Shown here piece after piece: positions 43,523-64,000 of a stretch of 64,000 nt of DNA (its first letter is position 1; every line of letters starts with the position of its first letter). Made by a program: the position numbers and the translations under genes. The notes under the pieces are model-generated. The model was not told where the DNA came from and made no database searches. It was given only the letters and a program-made list of their open reading frames with translations. Source of the DNA: Chrysomallon squamiferum (Eukaryota > Animalia > Mollusca); contig CM022677.1 of assembly GCA_012295275.1 (NCBI GenBank), forward strand, positions 16,244,001-16,308,000, read 5' to 3'.

Positions 43523-43557
<35 letters not shown>

Positions 43558-43708
43558 GAAGATAGACTGAAAATATAAGAAAGAAAAGAACAAACGTGAA
43601 TACAAGGAATACAAAAAAAAAAAAAAAAAAAAAAGAACGAATGAAAGTACAATGCACAAATAATTATATTCGCTGAACAACGACAACAACAACAACGACA
43701 ACAACGTC

Positions 43709-44075
43709 ATGGCTAACTCAGTAAGAACAAACAATCCACTGTGTGTCCAATTCTACCTACTGCTCCTATGTTTAATAAGCTTTCATACATTTTGTGCCGC
43801 TACCGTTCCCGGAAACAAAAACGCCAACGTCAACGACAACGACAACGTTGAAACTATCAACGTTGCTGTCTTACTGCCCGACAACGACAGACGTCTGTTC
43901 TCGCTGTCACGCGTGAGAGGGGCGATTGAACTTGCGACAGAAACCGTGATCCGTGACGGAATTCTGACGTCACGGAGAATAAAGCCGCTGTACGACGACA
44001 CCAAATGCAGCATTGCCGACGCCATGAACGTCGCCATTAACTTCTACGTTCACGTCAAAGTGTCGCTGTTTATAG
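43709..44075 (+). CDS. Coding exon 1 of a natriuretic peptide receptor / receptor guanylyl cyclase-like protein (signal peptide plus start of the ANF-receptor ligand-binding domain)
   Basis: Signal-peptide-like FYLLLLCLISFHTFCAA, then INVAVLLPDNDRRLFSLSRVRGAIELA...YDDTKCS...VSLFIG, typical of NPR ectodomains. Ends at G|GTGAGT (phase 1). GC and CpG content are raised relative to flanks. Confidence 0.9.
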
Positions 44076-60551
<16,476 letters not shown>

Positions 60552-60947
60552 GCCCCTGCTGTGACTTTGCCGCTGCACCGGTCGCCCGACAGGTGAAGTA
60601 CTGGAACCTCCCTATGATAACCGCTGGGGCCCTGGCGGGGGATTTCGGGGACGCGAAAGACAACCAGTTTCCCCTTCTGACGCGGATTGGCTCCAGCTTC
60701 AACGCGCTGGCGAAATTCCTGATGATAGCGCTGAAACACTTCAACTGGTCCAAGGCGAATCTCATCTACTCCTACCACGGCCACAGGGTGATCATGGACA
60801 AGTTCTGCCACGTCGTCAACAACGCCATTCACAACGCCTTCCGCACGGACCGCGAGGTCGGGCAGTTCAGCGAAGACCACCACAAGTTTCACAAGGTGGA
60901 GCATTTCCTTCCCAACATGGCGACGCAGCTTGGGAAACAGTTGGCAG
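60552..60947 (+). CDS. Coding exon 2 of the same NPR/rGC-like gene (ANF-receptor domain); the gene continues beyond the window
   Basis: Polypyrimidine-TTTCAG acceptor. G+GC rebuilds the canonical [29 protein letters not shown] motif, followed by FPLLTRIG and HFNW. 396 nt, strongly GC3-biased, ends at G|GTGAGT (phase 1). Confidence 0.93.
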
Positions 60948-61007
60948 GTGAGTGGCTCGTTTTGTTTGTTTGTTTGTTTGTTTATTTGTTTATTTATTTA
61001 TTTATTG

Positions 61008-61120
<113 letters not shown>

Positions 61121-61857
61121 AATAAATAGATACACATACACACACACATATATATGTATATATATGTTATCTTATTTATATATGTATTTATTTATTCATT
61201 AGTTTATCTATGCGTGCATTTATTTTATTTTATTTACATGTATTTAATTCTTTCGTTCTTTCTTTCATTCATTCTTTATTTAATAATTACTTACCAGTAC
61301 TATGTATGTGTTTGTGTGTGTGTGTGTGTTTGGGTACTTGAACATAAATTCAAGGATATTTCAATATTCTTGTATTTGTCTGTGTGTGTGTGTGTACTTG
61401 AACATAAATTGAAGGATATTTAAATATTGAAACAAAATATATTTAATGAAAATGTGTGTCTGTTTGATTATCTTTCAAATTTTCAGCGTTTTTCACACAC
61501 ACCTGATACACAGTCTGGACAAAATATAAAACAAACAAAATATCTAAAGTACGATAACCTTTCCTTATTTTATGGCGCAGCAGTTATTTCCCTTACATTT
61601 CTCGTTTCAAACCAAATAATTTACGATAATAACTTAATTATTTATTGTTATTAGAAAATATGATATCACGTCACAACATGAGAATAGCACTCCAACACAA
61701 CAAAACATATAGCGAGCTACCAATTGAACTATGTCTTAACGATCGGAACATTTCATGTGATTTCCAAATATTAATGAAGAATCTGAATGTTTCTGAACAA
61801 TTCAGTTTGTACAAAAAATCTTAGAAGAATGAGTATATATAATATAATAAATCTAAC

Positions 61858-61909
<52 letters not shown>

Positions 61910-62214
61910 TATCATTATTATTTATTTATTTATTTATTTATCTTTGTTATTATTATTATTTATTTAAAACAAGTATCTCCATTCCAGTTCGTTTTCCATT
62001 TTAAAATGTTTATTTACAAATGACGTCATGTCTGAACAAACACATTAACGTCATAAACGCTTTACGTAGCAACTCCATTAGTTTGTGTCTTGCTTTTCGC
62101 TAGATGGTTTAAGTAAACATATTGGAATAATTATCAAAATATTTCGATTTACAATTTTCATTTTCTGTTTTGGGTTTTCTTCTTTTCTTTGTCTTCTTCT
62201 TCAAATTATTAGGA

Positions 62215-62250
<36 letters not shown>

Positions 62251-63230
62251 TTTTTATGATTTGAATTCTTTTTTTATTCTTTAACTGTATACATTATTAC
62301 TACGAACAGAATTATTCATTATTGTGACATACTGTGACAAAAGTACCACAATTATTGCTCCAGTTACTACTACTACTACTGCTACTACTACTACTGCTAC
62401 TACTATTATAACTACTGCTACTGTTACTACTGCTACTACTATTATAACTACTCCTACTGTTACTGTACCATTGTACAACTATTGATATTGCTACTACTAT
62501 AATAACGACAGTTATTATTTATTACTACATATATGACTACTACTACTATTACTACTACCACCAGCACTACTACTACTACAATTACGGCGCTGCTACTGTC
62601 ACTGCCACCGCCACTAATCTATTACTACTGCAACAACGACGACTACTATTGTTTCTACCACCGCCACTGCTCAACTACTACTACAATTACGACGTCTACT
62701 ATTGTAATTACTGCTACTACTACAACATCATTAACATTGCTTCTGTACATCCACTACTACATCTTAAAAAATCATTATCACTCCTATTACTCTTGCTGCA
62801 ACTATTATTCCAAATACGGCAACAGCAGACACAACAACGTCAGCGACAGCAGAGGCAACATTAAGAAAGACATTTTGCTAGAATCTCATTTTTCTGCATG
62901 TTGTATCACATAAAACGATCGTTAAGTATCGATTAATCGCTATAAACACGATTTCGCCCTAAATCGATATAAAATGATATTAATAAACTTGTAGTAAATA
63001 TGTCGATCTTAGGATTAGAGCTTTTATAATGTTTCTGTTATCACAAATCAGGACCAGTTCCACAGCTTGATTTGGGATGCGAATAAATAATTGTGTGTGT
63101 GTGTGTGGATTAAAGTGCTCCTGGTTTCGTTAAGTTCGTTACGCTGTAGTGGAAACCTTAGCATGTTAGAGGAAAGCCAGTCAGTTCGAATATTTATTTT
63201 CTTTTGTTTTTTGTTTTACGTTTATGTGTG

Positions 63231-63271
<41 letters not shown>

Positions 63272-63561
63272 TTGTGTTTGTGTGTGTTTGTGTGTTTGTG
63301 TGGGTGTGTGTCTGTTAAAATTTTAAATATTTAGGGAAAATATAAAAGAAGAAAAGAGGAAAGTAACGAAGTATGTTAGATTATAACATCTTTCTAGTTC
63401 CCTACAGTTGAATTTTCCAGTATTAAGTTCTACTGTCGTCTTATCATCACCATCATCATCATCATTCTTCTTTGTTCTTCTTCCAGTTATGATAGTAGTA
63501 GTAATAATAACAGTAACATTAGTAGAAGTAGTAGTAGTAGTAATAGCAGTGATAGTAGTAA

Positions 63562-63617
<56 letters not shown>

Positions 63618-63634
63618 GTTGTAGTAGTAGTGGC

Positions 63635-63695
<61 letters not shown>

Positions 63696-63872
63696 CTAGT
63701 AGTACGGATGGTAATGTGGGAATAGTTTAATCAATGAAGTATGCAGGCAGATGATGAAGAGATAAGATGAAGTTATAAATTACTTTCTCAGTTTTATCTT
63801 TGTCATTTCATCACAATTTAGTTATTTGTTACTCTATTGATCGCCTGTTTTTTTTTTTTTTTTTTAACCGTA

Positions 63873-63925
63873 CAGTGGACCCTCGATTTAACGCACTAAT
63901 AGAGGTGTCCGTTATTGGCAGGTAT
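63873..63925 (+). mobile_element. Isolated pogo/Tigger-like TIR remnant
   Basis: TA-CAGTGGACCCTCGATTTAACG resembles CAGT-type Tc1/pogo TIRs. No clear partner end. Confidence 0.35.
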
Positions 63926-64000
63926 TTTGAAATGATAATATTTTATTATTATGTTACTGTATTTTTAATAGTTTTAATAATTTTAATAATAAATGTTTAG

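Overview
Very AT-rich, microsatellite-dense animal genomic DNA, probably molluscan or another lophotrochozoan (inferred from repeat content and gene families), with a 200-N assembly gap at 1625-1824. Two protein-coding genes are well supported. (1) An intronless GT11 alpha-1,2-fucosyltransferase-like gene on the minus strand (11278-12468). It has a predicted spliced 5' UTR containing a degenerate ~35-bp repeat array, and two partial 3' copies in near-identical duplicated blocks. (2) The first two coding exons (43709-44075, 60552-60947) of a natriuretic-peptide-receptor / receptor-guanylyl-cyclase-like gene, joined in frame across a 16.5-kb intron. Weaker signals are two orphan terminal exons on + (2547-3198), a possible spliced minus-strand transcript starting near 25.3 kb, an old partly inverted segmental duplication, Tigger/pogo relics, a SINE relic, foldback hairpins, and an array of Harbinger-TIR-like heads at 31.5-32.4 kb. 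Nearly all other ORFs in the track are microsatellite artefacts. I cannot support a wholly new biological system with confidence. The most unusual items are the 31.5-kb repeat-spacer-like array, the FUT 5' UTR array and duplication history, and the unannotated spliced units.
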